Source: Paludibacteraceae bacterium
GTDB taxonomy: Bacteria > Bacteroidota > Bacteroidia > Bacteroidales > Paludibacteraceae
Direction of reading: 5' to 3'
Assembly: GCA_017632345.1 (NCBI GenBank)
Contig: JAGBRL010000100.1
Span: 4,850 to 68,849 of the forward strand
Length of the DNA: 64,000 nucleotides
Part shown: positions 26,855 to 35,362 of the stretch, piece after piece
How the letters are laid out: every line of letters starts with the position of its first letter
How positions within the stretch are numbered: the stretch's first letter is position 1
Position numbers and translations under genes: made by a program
The notes under the pieces: generated by a model
Database searches by the model: none
What the model was told of the DNA's origin: nothing
Seen by the model: only the letters and a program-made list of their open reading frames with translations

Positions 26855-28279
26855 ATGATGAAAGTTAAGTTTAAGGCGGTCGCAATGATGGCGACCATGA
26901 TTTTCTGCAGCGCCTCGGCTCAGTTGAAAACTCCATTGCAGGCGTTTTTGGAGCATTCGGACGTTGAGGCTGCGGGAGTGAGCATATATATCAAGGACGT
27001 TATGAACGACAGCGTGCTTGTTGACCATAATTCTAAAACGAATCTTATTCCGGCTTCGGTCACTAAGGTTGTGACTACGGCGGCGGCTTTGGAGATTCTC
27101 TCAGACACGTTCAGATTCGAGACCAAGGTGCTTTACGACGGCTCTTTGTCGGCAGACTCTGTGCTGCGCGGCAACCTTTATGTGGTGGGCGGCGGCGACC
27201 CGTCGCTGGAGTCCGAATACGCCAAAGGCCGCAGTTTTCTGAAAGGCACGGTGGAGGCGGTTAAGAAGTTGGGCGTCAAAAAGATAACAGGTGCAGTCAT
27301 TGCCGATGCGTCACTTTACGCGCAGGGCGGCACTCCGATTCAGTGGCTCGTGGAGGATGTTGGAACCTATTACGCTCCGGTGCCTTCGGCTCTGTCTTTC
27401 TGCGATAATGTGTTTAACCTTGTATATAAAGGCAGTGCAGGGGCAAGTCCGCAGCTGGTTTCTGTTTATCCGCCAACAAATTTGCTTAATATTCAGAATG
27501 ACATGAACTCAGGCGGCGACACATGGTGGCGAGCGTACAGCAAGCCGTACTCGTGGGATGTGCAGCTGCGCGGAAACCTGCCTGTAGGCAAGAACTCTGG
27601 CATCCGCATAGAGATTCCGGAGCCGGAGCTGCTGGTGGCAGACTCGCTCAGGGCTATGCTCGAAAAGAGCGGAGTAAAGGTTGCGTTACCGTCAAAAACA
27701 ACACGTTGGGATACGATAAAAGTGCCGGAAGGTGCAAGGCTCGTCTTTACACATCAGTCTGATATGCTGAAAAATCTGATAAAAAAGACCAATTACAGGA
27801 GCATCAATCTTTATGCGGAAAATATATTCCTGAGACTGGCTCTGCAGAGAGCGGAGGTTGCAACGTTCCAGACGGCTTCCGATGTTGTTGCGCAGTTCTG
27901 GAAGTCGAAAGGACTGAATGTGAAGCACACCTATCAGGCTGACGGGTCGGGTCTCTCTATGAAGAACGCCATCAGTTCCAAATTTTTGGTAGATGTGCTG
28001 ACGTATATGAGGCGCGGCAGCGTTTATTCGCAGCAGTTTACAGAGTCGTTGCCGCAGGCTGGGGTGAACGGAACGGTTAAGTCTCTCTTTGCAAACACGC
28101 CGCTTGCAGGAAAGGTTTATGCGAAAAGCGGAAGCATGGAGCGTGTGCAGAATTACTGCGGCTACGTGTTCCATAACAACAGAGTTTACGCCTTCAGTGT
28201 GATGCTGAACAATTTTGATGGAGGCAGATATGCGCTCAGGCAGAAGCTTGCGACGCTTTTCAACGAAATTTTCAAATAG
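26855..28279 (+). CDS. dacB: D-alanyl-D-alanine carboxypeptidase/endopeptidase (PBP4 family)
   Basis: Signal peptide, SxxK motif in PASVTKVVTTAAAL, and KSGS (KTG-type box) near the C-terminus. Confidence 0.85.
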   Translation: MMKVKFKAVAMMATMIFCSASAQLKTPLQAFLEHSDVEAAGVSIYIKDVMNDSVLVDHNSKTNLIPASVTKVVTTAAALEILSDTFRFETKVLYDGSLSADSVLRGNLYVVGGGDPSLESEYAKGRSFLKGTVEAVKKLGVKKITGAVIADASLYAQGGTPIQWLVEDVGTYYAPVPSALSFCDNVFNLVYKGSAGASPQLVSVYPPTNLLNIQNDMNSGGDTWWRAYSKPYSWDVQLRGNLPVGKNSGIRIEIPEPELLVADSLRAMLEKSGVKVALPSKTTRWDTIKVPEGARLVFTHQSDMLKNLIKKTNYRSINLYAENIFLRLALQRAEVATFQTASDVVAQFWKSKGLNVKHTYQADGSGLSMKNAISSKFLVDVLTYMRRGSVYSQQFTESLPQAGVNGTVKSLFANTPLAGKVYAKSGSMERVQNYCGYVFHNNRVYAFSVMLNNFDGGRYALRQKLATLFNEIFK

Positions 28280-28363
28280 GACATATTTAGGCAAAAATTG
28301 CAAAACGTAATTTGCAGAAGTTGCCTTTATCGAAAGACAATTTAATTTATTAAAAAATATTTT

Positions 28364-29719
28364 ATGAAAACAGACTCTAAATCTGCGAATAGTGAAGTGA
28401 AGAATCTTTTTATCGAAACCTACGGCTGCCAGATGAACGTGGCAGACAGTGAGGTTGTGGCGGCTATTATGCAAACCATCGGTTATGAGGTGACGGACTG
28501 CATAGGCAACGCCGACGCTATCTTGGTGAACACCTGCTCAATACGTGATAATGCGGAGCAGAAAATTGTGTCGCGTTTGCAGCACTTCAACGCAATGAAA
28601 AAGAAGCGCAAGGGGTTGATTGTTGGCATATTGGGCTGTATGGCAGAGCGTGCTAAGCAGGAACTGCTGGAGAATCAGGCGGTTGACCTTGTGGCAGGGC
28701 CGGACGCTTACCTCGATTTGCCTAACTTGATTGCGGCGGCAGAGGCGGGACAGAAAGCCATGAACGTGGAACTTTCTACGACAGAGACATATAAAGAGGT
28801 CATTCCGTCCAGAATTGGCGGCAACAGAATCTCTGGCTTCGTCTCAATAATGCGAGGCTGCAACAACTTCTGTTCTTACTGCATTGTGCCTTACACAAGA
28901 GGAAGAGAACGCAGCCGCGAAGTGAAGAGTATCCTGAACGAAATTCAGGACCTTTGCGAACGTAATTTCAAGGAGATTACACTGTTGGGGCAGAATGTCA
29001 ACTCGTACGCGTTTGAAGAGGAGAGCGGCGAGGTGATTAATTTTGCTAAGTTATTGAAAATCATTGCGGAACGTTTTCCGACTATGCGTATTCGCTTCTC
29101 TACATCGCACCCTAAAGACATGAGCGACGAGACTCTTGAGACGATTGCTGCGTACAAAAACATCTGCAATCACATACATCTGCCGGTTCAGTCGGGCAGC
29201 AGCAGAATATTGAAGTTGATGAACCGCAAATATACGCGCGAGTGGTATTTGGAACGAATTGCGGCAATCAGAAGAATCATTCCGGACTGCGGAATTTCTA
29301 CAGATATGTTCTGCGGATTTCATAGCGAGACGGAAGAGGACCACAAGGAGACTCTTTCTTTGATGAGAGAGGTTGTCTTTGATTCTGCTTTCATGTTCAA
29401 ATACTCTGAACGTCCGGGAACGTTTGCATCTAAAAATCTCCCTGACGATATATCGGAAGAGGTTAAGATAGAGCGACTTAACGAGATTATAGCATTGCAG
29501 ACGGAACTGTCTGCTGAAAGCAACCGCAAGGATATTGGCAAAACTTTTGAAGTTCTTGTGGAGGGCTTTTCAAAACGTTCTAAAGAGCAGCTGTTCGGAC
29601 GCACGCAGCAGAACAAAGTCGTGGTGTTCGACAGAGGCGAATGCAAGATTGGCGACCTCGTGAACGTGAAGGTGACATCGGTCACTGCAGCCACTTTATT
29701 AGGAGAATTGGTGAAATAA
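28364..29719 (+). CDS. miaB: tRNA-2-methylthio-N6-dimethylallyladenosine synthase
   Basis: N-terminal ETYGCQMNVADSE, radical-SAM GCNNFCSYCIVP, and a C-terminal TRAM-like region. Confidence 0.92.
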   Translation: MKTDSKSANSEVKNLFIETYGCQMNVADSEVVAAIMQTIGYEVTDCIGNADAILVNTCSIRDNAEQKIVSRLQHFNAMKKKRKGLIVGILGCMAERAKQELLENQAVDLVAGPDAYLDLPNLIAAAEAGQKAMNVELSTTETYKEVIPSRIGGNRISGFVSIMRGCNNFCSYCIVPYTRGRERSREVKSILNEIQDLCERNFKEITLLGQNVNSYAFEEESGEVINFAKLLKIIAERFPTMRIRFSTSHPKDMSDETLETIAAYKNICNHIHLPVQSGSSRILKLMNRKYTREWYLERIAAIRRIIPDCGISTDMFCGFHSETEEDHKETLSLMREVVFDSAFMFKYSERPGTFASKNLPDDISEEVKIERLNEIIALQTELSAESNRKDIGKTFEVLVEGFSKRSKEQLFGRTQQNKVVVFDRGECKIGDLVNVKVTSVTAATLLGELVK

Positions 29720-29726
29720 TTTTGAT

Positions 29727-31685
29727 ATGAGCAAGATCATAGACTTTTTTCAGAGAGAGATAAAGGGGCAGCCTGCCTTTGCCTTTGCGTGCAACTTTTT
29801 GCTGGCGATGACGACGTTCTCGTTGAGCAGGCTCTTCTTCTTCTTTGTGAACAGCGATTACTTCACAGATGTGACATTCTCCCATCTGATGAATATGATG
29901 GCGGGCGGACTGCGTTTCGACCTCACTGCGCTGCTATACACAAACAGCCTCTATATGGTGATGCAGATTCTGCCGTTCCGTTTCAGGTTCGGAGAGATTT
30001 ATCAGAAGGTGGCAAAATGGCTCTACATCATACCTAACGCTCTCTGCATTGTGATGAATTGCGGCGACACTGCTTTCTTTAGCTTTACAAACCGCAGAAC
30101 GACTTGCACCATATTCTCCGAGTTTAAAAATGAAGACAATCTGCTGGGCGTCTTCGCCAACGGTGTTGTTGATTATTGGTACATCACTATATTTGCAGTG
30201 GCGGTCATTTATCTTTTGTACAGATTGTATCAGTCGCCAAGCAAGGCGGACGGCTGCACGCTGAAGAGCTGGAGGTATTACGCCGGGCACGCGCTTGTGC
30301 TGGCTTTCTTTGTCTATTTCACCATCATAGGCATACGTGGCGGGTTTGGGGCTTACACGCGACCTATCACGCTCAGCAACGCAAACGAGTACGTGAACAA
30401 AGGCAACGAGGCGGCTATCGTGCTGAATACGCCTTTCTGCATCTACAGAACGATAGGGAAGAAGGTTTACAAGGATCCTAAGTATTTTAATTCGATAGAG
30501 GAGGCTGCTGCCGTGTGCTCGCCGATACGTCAGTTTCAGAAGAGCGGGGAGATGAACAAGATGAATGTTGTTGTGATGATTCTGGAGAGCTTCGGCAAGG
30601 AGAATTTCGGTTTCTTCAACAAGCACTTGGACGGTGGAACGTACAAAGGTTACACTCCTTTCCTCGACTCGCTTATGGGCGAGGGACTGACTTTCAAATA
30701 TTCATACAGCAACGGACGAAAGTCTATTGACGGAATGCCTTCTGTATTGTCGAGCATACCTATGTTCATAGAGCCGTTCATCCTCACGCCTTACAGCACA
30801 AATAGTATCAGCAGTATTGCAGACGTGCTGCGCGAAGAGGGGTATTACACTGCCTTTTTCCACTCTGCGCCCAATGGTTCTATGGGTTTTCAGGCTTATG
30901 CCAAAGCGGCGGGCTTTCAGGACTATTTCGGCATGACGGAGTATGGAAACGACAAAGATTTTGACGGCACTTGGGGCATCTGGGACGAAGAGTTCCTTCA
31001 GTTCTACGCAAGGAAGATGAACGAGTTCCGCAAACCGTTTGCTACTTCAATATTTACGGTTTCGTCGCACCATCCGTTTAATGTTCCGGAACGATATAAA
31101 GACAAGTTCCCGAAGGGTGACCGTCCGATACATCAGTGCATCGGCTACTCGGACAATGCTCTGCGCCTCTTCTTCAAAACTATGTCGCAATACGACTGGT
31201 TCGAAAATACGCTCTTTGTGATAACTGCGGACCATACGAACCAAATCTCTCACGAGGAGTACCATACAGACGCGAATATCTACGCGGTGCCGGTGCTCTT
31301 CTATCATCCAGGCAGCAATCTGAAGGGCTGCAGAGAGGATGTTTTGGCTCAGCAGATAGATATCATGCCGAGCGTGCTGAGCTATCTTAACTACGGCAAA
31401 CCGTTCTTCTCTTTCGGCAATGATGTGATTTGCGGAGCGGACAAGGATAAGTATGTGATTAATTACAGCAATCAGATTTATCAGCTTTATCAGGGCGACT
31501 GGCTGCTTCAGTTTGACGGAGTGAAGACAAAGGCCCTTTACAGATTTAAAGAGGATGTTATGCTGAAGAACAATCTGAAGGACAGCAATCCGGATGTGGT
31601 GAAAAAGATGGAGACGATAGTAAAGGCAAATATTCAGCAATATATACACAGAATGTTGAACGATGAACTTACAGCGAAGCCTTGA
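29727..31685 (+). CDS. LTA synthase / sulfatase-family membrane phosphotransferase
   Basis: Five or so N-terminal TM helices, then a sulfatase-fold domain (VVMILESFGKE, SSHHPF). Confidence 0.75.
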   Translation: MSKIIDFFQREIKGQPAFAFACNFLLAMTTFSLSRLFFFFVNSDYFTDVTFSHLMNMMAGGLRFDLTALLYTNSLYMVMQILPFRFRFGEIYQKVAKWLYIIPNALCIVMNCGDTAFFSFTNRRTTCTIFSEFKNEDNLLGVFANGVVDYWYITIFAVAVIYLLYRLYQSPSKADGCTLKSWRYYAGHALVLAFFVYFTIIGIRGGFGAYTRPITLSNANEYVNKGNEAAIVLNTPFCIYRTIGKKVYKDPKYFNSIEEAAAVCSPIRQFQKSGEMNKMNVVVMILESFGKENFGFFNKHLDGGTYKGYTPFLDSLMGEGLTFKYSYSNGRKSIDGMPSVLSSIPMFIEPFILTPYSTNSISSIADVLREEGYYTAFFHSAPNGSMGFQAYAKAAGFQDYFGMTEYGNDKDFDGTWGIWDEEFLQFYARKMNEFRKPFATSIFTVSSHHPFNVPERYKDKFPKGDRPIHQCIGYSDNALRLFFKTMSQYDWFENTLFVITADHTNQISHEEYHTDANIYAVPVLFYHPGSNLKGCREDVLAQQIDIMPSVLSYLNYGKPFFSFGNDVICGADKDKYVINYSNQIYQLYQGDWLLQFDGVKTKALYRFKEDVMLKNNLKDSNPDVVKKMETIVKANIQQYIHRMLNDELTAKP

Positions 31686-31783
31686 TGCGAAGCAGGTTTG
31701 TTATAGCAGCATGAAGCTTTATGATGTTCGCAAACGCAAGGTGTATGAGCTGATGGCGCTTTGCTCAATTCAAACAATTGTGC

Positions 31784-31791
31784 TATATTTG
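31784..31791 (+). promoter_or_regulatory. -7 box TATATTTG upstream of the Rpn-family gene
   Basis: Matches TAnnTTTG, 27 nt before ATG 31818. Confidence 0.4.
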
Positions 31792-31817
31792 CAGTGTAGT
31801 AACACAACAAAATATTA

Positions 31818-32783
31818 ATGTTTATGTGCATACCTGGTACAGCGCTTAGTCGCTACATAAATTTCTACACAGATTTCGCCTTCAAGAAGTTTTTCGGAAC
31901 GGAGGCGAACAAGGATTTGTTAATCAGTTTTTTGAATGCGTTGCTGGGCTTCGAGGGCGGCAAGGAGATTGTTGACCTTACTCATCTCAACACTGAGCAG
32001 CTCGGGAAGAACTTCAGCGAAAGGCGCGCTATTTATGATGTCTATTGTCAGACAAAGGACGGCGACCGTTTCATAGTTGAGATGCAAAATGCGAAGCAGG
32101 ACAATTTCAGGGACCGCTCTCTGTATTACTCCTCTTTCGCCATTCAGGAGCAGGGCAAAAAGGGGTCGAAGGTGGAGTCGTGGGACTACAGACTGTCGCC
32201 CGTATATGTTGTCGGAATCCTTAATTTTGTGATGGATGGTTCTGAAGATTTGGCAGACCGCGTGATTTCCAAGGTCAAACTTAAGGACGAGCAGAACAGG
32301 GACTTTAGTGACAAGCTGAATTTCATATTCCTTGAAATGCCAAAGTTCCGAAAGGAGGAGAATGAACTGGATACTTTTATAGACAAATGGCTTTACGTCA
32401 TCAAAAACCTTTATCGTCTGCAAGACAAGCCTGCCGCATTGACAGAAGGGATTTTTAACAAACTTTTTGAGGTGGCGGAGATTGCTGCGTTTTCGAAAAA
32501 CGAACGTTATGACTATGAGGAGAATTTAAAGAATTTCCTCGACTGGTTCAATGTGATGAGAACGGCTAAGAATGAGGGGCGAGAAGAGGGACGAGAAGAG
32601 GGGCGTGCTGAAGGGCGTGCCGAAGGCGAAGCGATAGGTGTGCAGAAAGGTGAACAGGCCTTGCTTGTTAGACTTATTTTAGCAAAAAAAGAGAAGGGAA
32701 AAACATCAGAAGAGATTGCGGAAATGCTGGAGGTTGACATAAAGGTCGTTGAAGATGTATTACGCGGAAAGCACCAAATTTGA
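31818..32783 (+). CDS. Rpn-family recombination-promoting nuclease / PD-(D/E)xK putative transposase
   Basis: The N-terminus RYINFYTDFAFKKFFGTEANKDLLISFLNALL is typical of PDDEXK_2/Rpn proteins. DVYCQ..FIVEMQ supplies the D..ExQ/K core. There is a low-complexity EGREEGREEGRAEGRAEG stretch. Confidence 0.75.
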   Translation: MFMCIPGTALSRYINFYTDFAFKKFFGTEANKDLLISFLNALLGFEGGKEIVDLTHLNTEQLGKNFSERRAIYDVYCQTKDGDRFIVEMQNAKQDNFRDRSLYYSSFAIQEQGKKGSKVESWDYRLSPVYVVGILNFVMDGSEDLADRVISKVKLKDEQNRDFSDKLNFIFLEMPKFRKEENELDTFIDKWLYVIKNLYRLQDKPAALTEGIFNKLFEVAEIAAFSKNERYDYEENLKNFLDWFNVMRTAKNEGREEGREEGRAEGRAEGEAIGVQKGEQALLVRLILAKKEKGKTSEEIAEMLEVDIKVVEDVLRGKHQI

Positions 32784-32807
32784 CAATGCGCGTTTTTTTT
32801 AACATAT

Positions 32808-32850
32808 AGGAGGAGAGTGTCAGTTGAAATCACTCTCCTCCTGTTTTATT
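32808..32850 (+). terminator. Intrinsic terminator after the Rpn-family gene
   Basis: AGGAGGAGAGTG (32808-32819) / CACTCTCCTCCT (32831-32842), followed by GTTTTATT. Confidence 0.7.
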
Positions 32851-33000
32851 CTCTAAGATAGTAAGCCACGTTGTTTAAACGCACTAACTCCGCACGACGG
32901 TTGTCGTGCGGAGAGTGCGGTAAACTTTTTAAATAGCAGTTCTATTGCGTTGTTCTATTAGATAGAGAATAAAATTTAAATATGATGTTAGTATTAATTC

Positions 33001-33696
33001 CTATAGTTCAAACGAAGCGTGGATAGAGACCTTTGGCGCAGGTGCTTCAATAACTACAGCCGGTGCAGGCGCTTCCACGATAACTGGTTCGTTCACAACC
33101 ATATATCCGTTGTGATGAGGAGCGAACCACATGCCTTCTCCGTGAAAATATGCCACGTTTCCAACTACAACTCTTTCACAATGGAAAGGAAGTGCATGAA
33201 CGTATGTGTTCACGGGAATTGTCACAACTTCATAACCATAAGTCGGATGAGGTCTGTAATACACGCCGTTGTGGTGATAATAGCACACATTGTTGATGTA
33301 GAACGGACGAGCCGAGTGATGGATATGTCTGTGATACCTCGGACGTGGCGGCACATGGCGATGCACATGATGGTGAGCCGGCTTGTGCACATGGTGATGT
33401 GCTGGTTTATGCACATGATGGTGCTTTGGTGCCGGTTTGTGAGCATGATGGTGCTTCGGAGCAGGCTTGTGATGGTGCTTCGGAGCCGGAGCAGGCTTGT
33501 GAGCGTGATGCTTCGGAGCCGGAGCTGCCTTATGTTCTTTGCGAGCCTGACGTTCGCCGCCACGGTTGCTTCTTACTTCGCTTCGCGTATTTTGCTGTCC
33601 GCGAGAGCGGTTGTCTCTTTGCGCTTCTGCACTCATTCCGAATGAGAAGATAAATGCAATCAGTATTGCAAGTATTTTATTTATTGATGTTTTCAT
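33001..33696 (-). CDS. Secreted histidine-rich repeat protein (function unknown)
   Basis: Signal peptide MKTSINKILAILIAFIFSFGMSAEA. Tandem HKPAPKHHH(A/V) units follow, then a Tyr/His-rich C-terminal domain. Confidence 0.7.
   Translation of the reverse strand: MKTSINKILAILIAFIFSFGMSAEAQRDNRSRGQQNTRSEVRSNRGGERQARKEHKAAPAPKHHAHKPAPAPKHHHKPAPKHHHAHKPAPKHHHVHKPAHHHVHKPAHHHVHRHVPPRPRYHRHIHHSARPFYINNVCYYHHNGVYYRPHPTYGYEVVTIPVNTYVHALPFHCERVVVGNVAYFHGEGMWFAPHHNGYMVVNEPVIVEAPAPAVVIEAPAPKVSIHASFEL
33316..33534 (-). repeat. In-frame tandem repeats encoding (H)KPAP(AP)KHHH(A/V)H units
   Basis: Residues 55-127 of the protein contain 28 His by my count. The DNA shows repeated GTGCACATGGTGATG / GTGCTTCGGAGC-type units. 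Confidence 0.8.
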
Positions 33697-33749
33697 GACC
33701 GTACAATTTTAATTGTTAATAAAACTTGTGTCGTTCTGTTTAATGTAGT

Positions 33750-33764
33750 TCAAATACCGTGCCA
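33750..33764 (-). promoter_or_regulatory. Sigma-54-like -24/-12 element TGGCAC-GGTAT-TTGA upstream of the His-rich gene
   Basis: The minus strand reads cTTTGGCACGGTATTTGAAc. The -24 part is perfect (TGGCACG). The -12 part is TTGA instead of TTGC. It lies about 54 nt upstream of ATG 33696. Confidence 0.3.
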
Positions 33765-33951
33765 AAGTGTGTTAAAAGTTTGTGATTTCGTAGAATAAAA
33801 TATTTTGTATTTTGGTAATTGATTGTTAATCAGTAAAATAAACAAGAAATAAAAATGTCAAATTGAAAAAATATAGAATTGTGATGTTGAAATAGGAGAG
33901 AGTTTTTATAAGTTTTGCGACTCAGATTATAAAATAAGTCAATGGTAGTGC

Positions 33952-34232
33952 AATATTGTCCTAAATAATTTTACAGTAAAGCCAACCTCTACGGGCGTTA
34001 TGAATAAGTGAATGTGAGCAAGATAAGTAACGGTGGTTTTTGTAAATTCATCGTTCCTCTGCCTGGAAGGCAGTACAAAGCGTAGCGACGGCAACCCGTG
34101 ACGAAGTCTCGGGCAAAGACTGATGCAACGAAAACCTGCCTGGAAGGCAGTACAAAAATACTTTGCTGTATAATGTCTTTAAATGAAAGAACCGTGATTC
34201 CCTTTTTTACAAAATATTTAGGACAATATTGA
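33952..34232. repeat. Copy B of the hairpin-rich element (core 34038-34199) enclosed by a perfect 17-bp inverted repeat
   Basis: CAATATTGTCCTAAATA (33952-33968) and TATTTAGGACAATATTG (34216-34232) flank 247 nt. Inside are two CTGCCTGGAAGGCAG hairpins and CCCGTGACGAAGTCTCGGG. Confidence 0.75.
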
Positions 34233-34434
34233 TGGTTGTGTGCGCTTTTTTGCCTTTCAGGAGATGGCATGAGATATGAAGAGTGGCAGCAAAAGGCATG
34301 GATTTTTCATCAGATATTTTTTTGAAGCACTAAATGCAATAGCCGGAAGTGGTGTTCGGGCGGATCTTCTTGTTTAAAAATGCTTTGGTTGCCCCCAAAA
34401 AACACTGTTTTAACTTTTTTTAACAAGGATAAAG

Positions 34435-34465
34435 TTTGGTGTTTTTTTATAAATTATTATCTTTG
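34435..34465 (+). promoter_or_regulatory. Canonical Bacteroidetes promoter (-33 TTTG, 19-nt spacer, -7 TATCTTTG) with no ORF downstream
   Basis: TTTG at 34435-34438 and TATCTTTG at 34458-34465. Confidence 0.5.
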
Positions 34466-34469
34466 CGTC

Positions 34470-34556
34470 AGCTCGTGAGAGTCATAAAAAACTTTTCATT
34501 TTAATAATTTTAATAATTGACCAAAAAGAGGCGTTCCAAAAGAGCGCCTCTTTAAA
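34470..34556 (+). ncRNA. Candidate small RNA (~85 nt) between the promoter at 34435-34465 and the hairpin at 34525-34553
   Basis: There is no ATG in the interval. It ends at the AAAGAGGCG/CGCCTCTTT hairpin. The U-tract on this strand is interrupted (TTTAAAGTTTTT), so the 3' end is uncertain. Confidence 0.3.
34525..34556. terminator. Bidirectional hairpin terminator
   Basis: AAAGAGGCG (34525-34533) / CGCCTCTTT (34545-34553). On the minus strand a T5 run follows directly. Confidence 0.55.
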
Positions 34557-34943
34557 GTTTTTAGGAGCTTTTATTTCAGGTGATTTTTCGGAATGCTACT
34601 GTAAACTTGCAGGTTGAGGGTTTTGTCTGGCGATTCTGAATGAGGGCTCTCTTGTTTGTTTTGTTCATATTTGAGCAGCTGCACGATTTTGTATAGATTG
34701 CTTCTGTATATTAGGCGAGATGGATTCAAGAGCGTTCAAAACGATTTCCGGAGCTTGAAGGTGTCAAAACGTGGATGCGGAAGTTCTCTTAATTTATAGC
34801 AGTTGCTTATAGAATAAGCATAGAAAAGACAGACGGGTTGAAAATATAGTGTTAAAAATGTTTTTTTTTCTGCTTTTCGGCATAAAATTCGCATTTTTTT
34901 CAAAAAATAACGGGCAATGCTTGCATAGTTAGTAAATAAGCAC

Positions 34944-34951
34944 TATCTTTG
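34944..34951 (+). promoter_or_regulatory. -7 box TATCTTTG upstream of tRNA-fMet
   Basis: Matches TAnnTTTG, 40 nt before the tRNA 5' end. Confidence 0.45.
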
Positions 34952-34990
34952 CAACGCAATTGAGAACGAAAGGTCTCAGATTGAATACAT

Positions 34991-35063
<73 letters not shown>

Positions 35064-35069
35064 CTATTG

Positions 35070-35097
35070 AGGACGCAGTACGCTGCGTCCTTTTTTG
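35070..35097 (+). terminator. Intrinsic terminator after tRNA-fMet
   Basis: AGGACGCAG / CTGCGTCCT with a TACG loop, then TTTTTT. Confidence 0.8.
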
Positions 35098-35183
35098 TGC
35101 GGTTAGGTTTGCAATTTGTAAGATGAAAGATTTGAAGAGTCCGGGGTGGATGCAGGATTCAGCTGTATTTTAGTATTGAGGTT

Positions 35184-35206
35184 CAATATTGACCTAAATA
35201 ATTTTA
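35184..35206 (+). repeat. Third copy of the CAATATTG(T/A)CCTAAATAATTTTA motif
   Basis: CAATATTGACCTAAATAATTTTAG versus CAATATTGTCCTAAATAATTTTAC at 33952 (22 of 24 identical). It is direct relative to 33952 and inverted relative to 34216-34232. Confidence 0.7.
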
Positions 35207-35362
35207 GAGCAAAATAAAAAAGACTGAGGTGTAGTTTTATTGCTAAATAATACTTCTATTTTGACCTGTAGGTAACAATTTATTATTGCGTATCCGAGAA
35301 ACGAATTAGAATAGAAAAGGCACCAGTTTTCACTGATGCCTTCTTTCCTTCTAAGAAACAGA

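Noticed and set aside
31818-32783. Rpn-family gene as an active insertion sequence
   Set aside because: I saw no terminal inverted repeats or target duplication around it. The flanks are an ordinary promoter box and terminator. Rpn/PDDEXK_2 genes are usually domesticated single genes.
33019-33653. ORFs 33019-33645 (+), 33222-33563 (-) and 33345-33653 (+) over the His-rich gene
   Set aside because: The tandem repeat keeps several frames open by chance. Only the 33001-33696 minus frame has a signal peptide and a non-repetitive C-terminal domain.
33998-34270. 90-aa minus-strand ORF spanning structured element B
   Set aside because: It simply overlies the conserved hairpin element. The paralogous copy A has no equivalent ORF, since its frames and stops differ. 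Conservation is therefore at nucleotide or structure level, not protein level.
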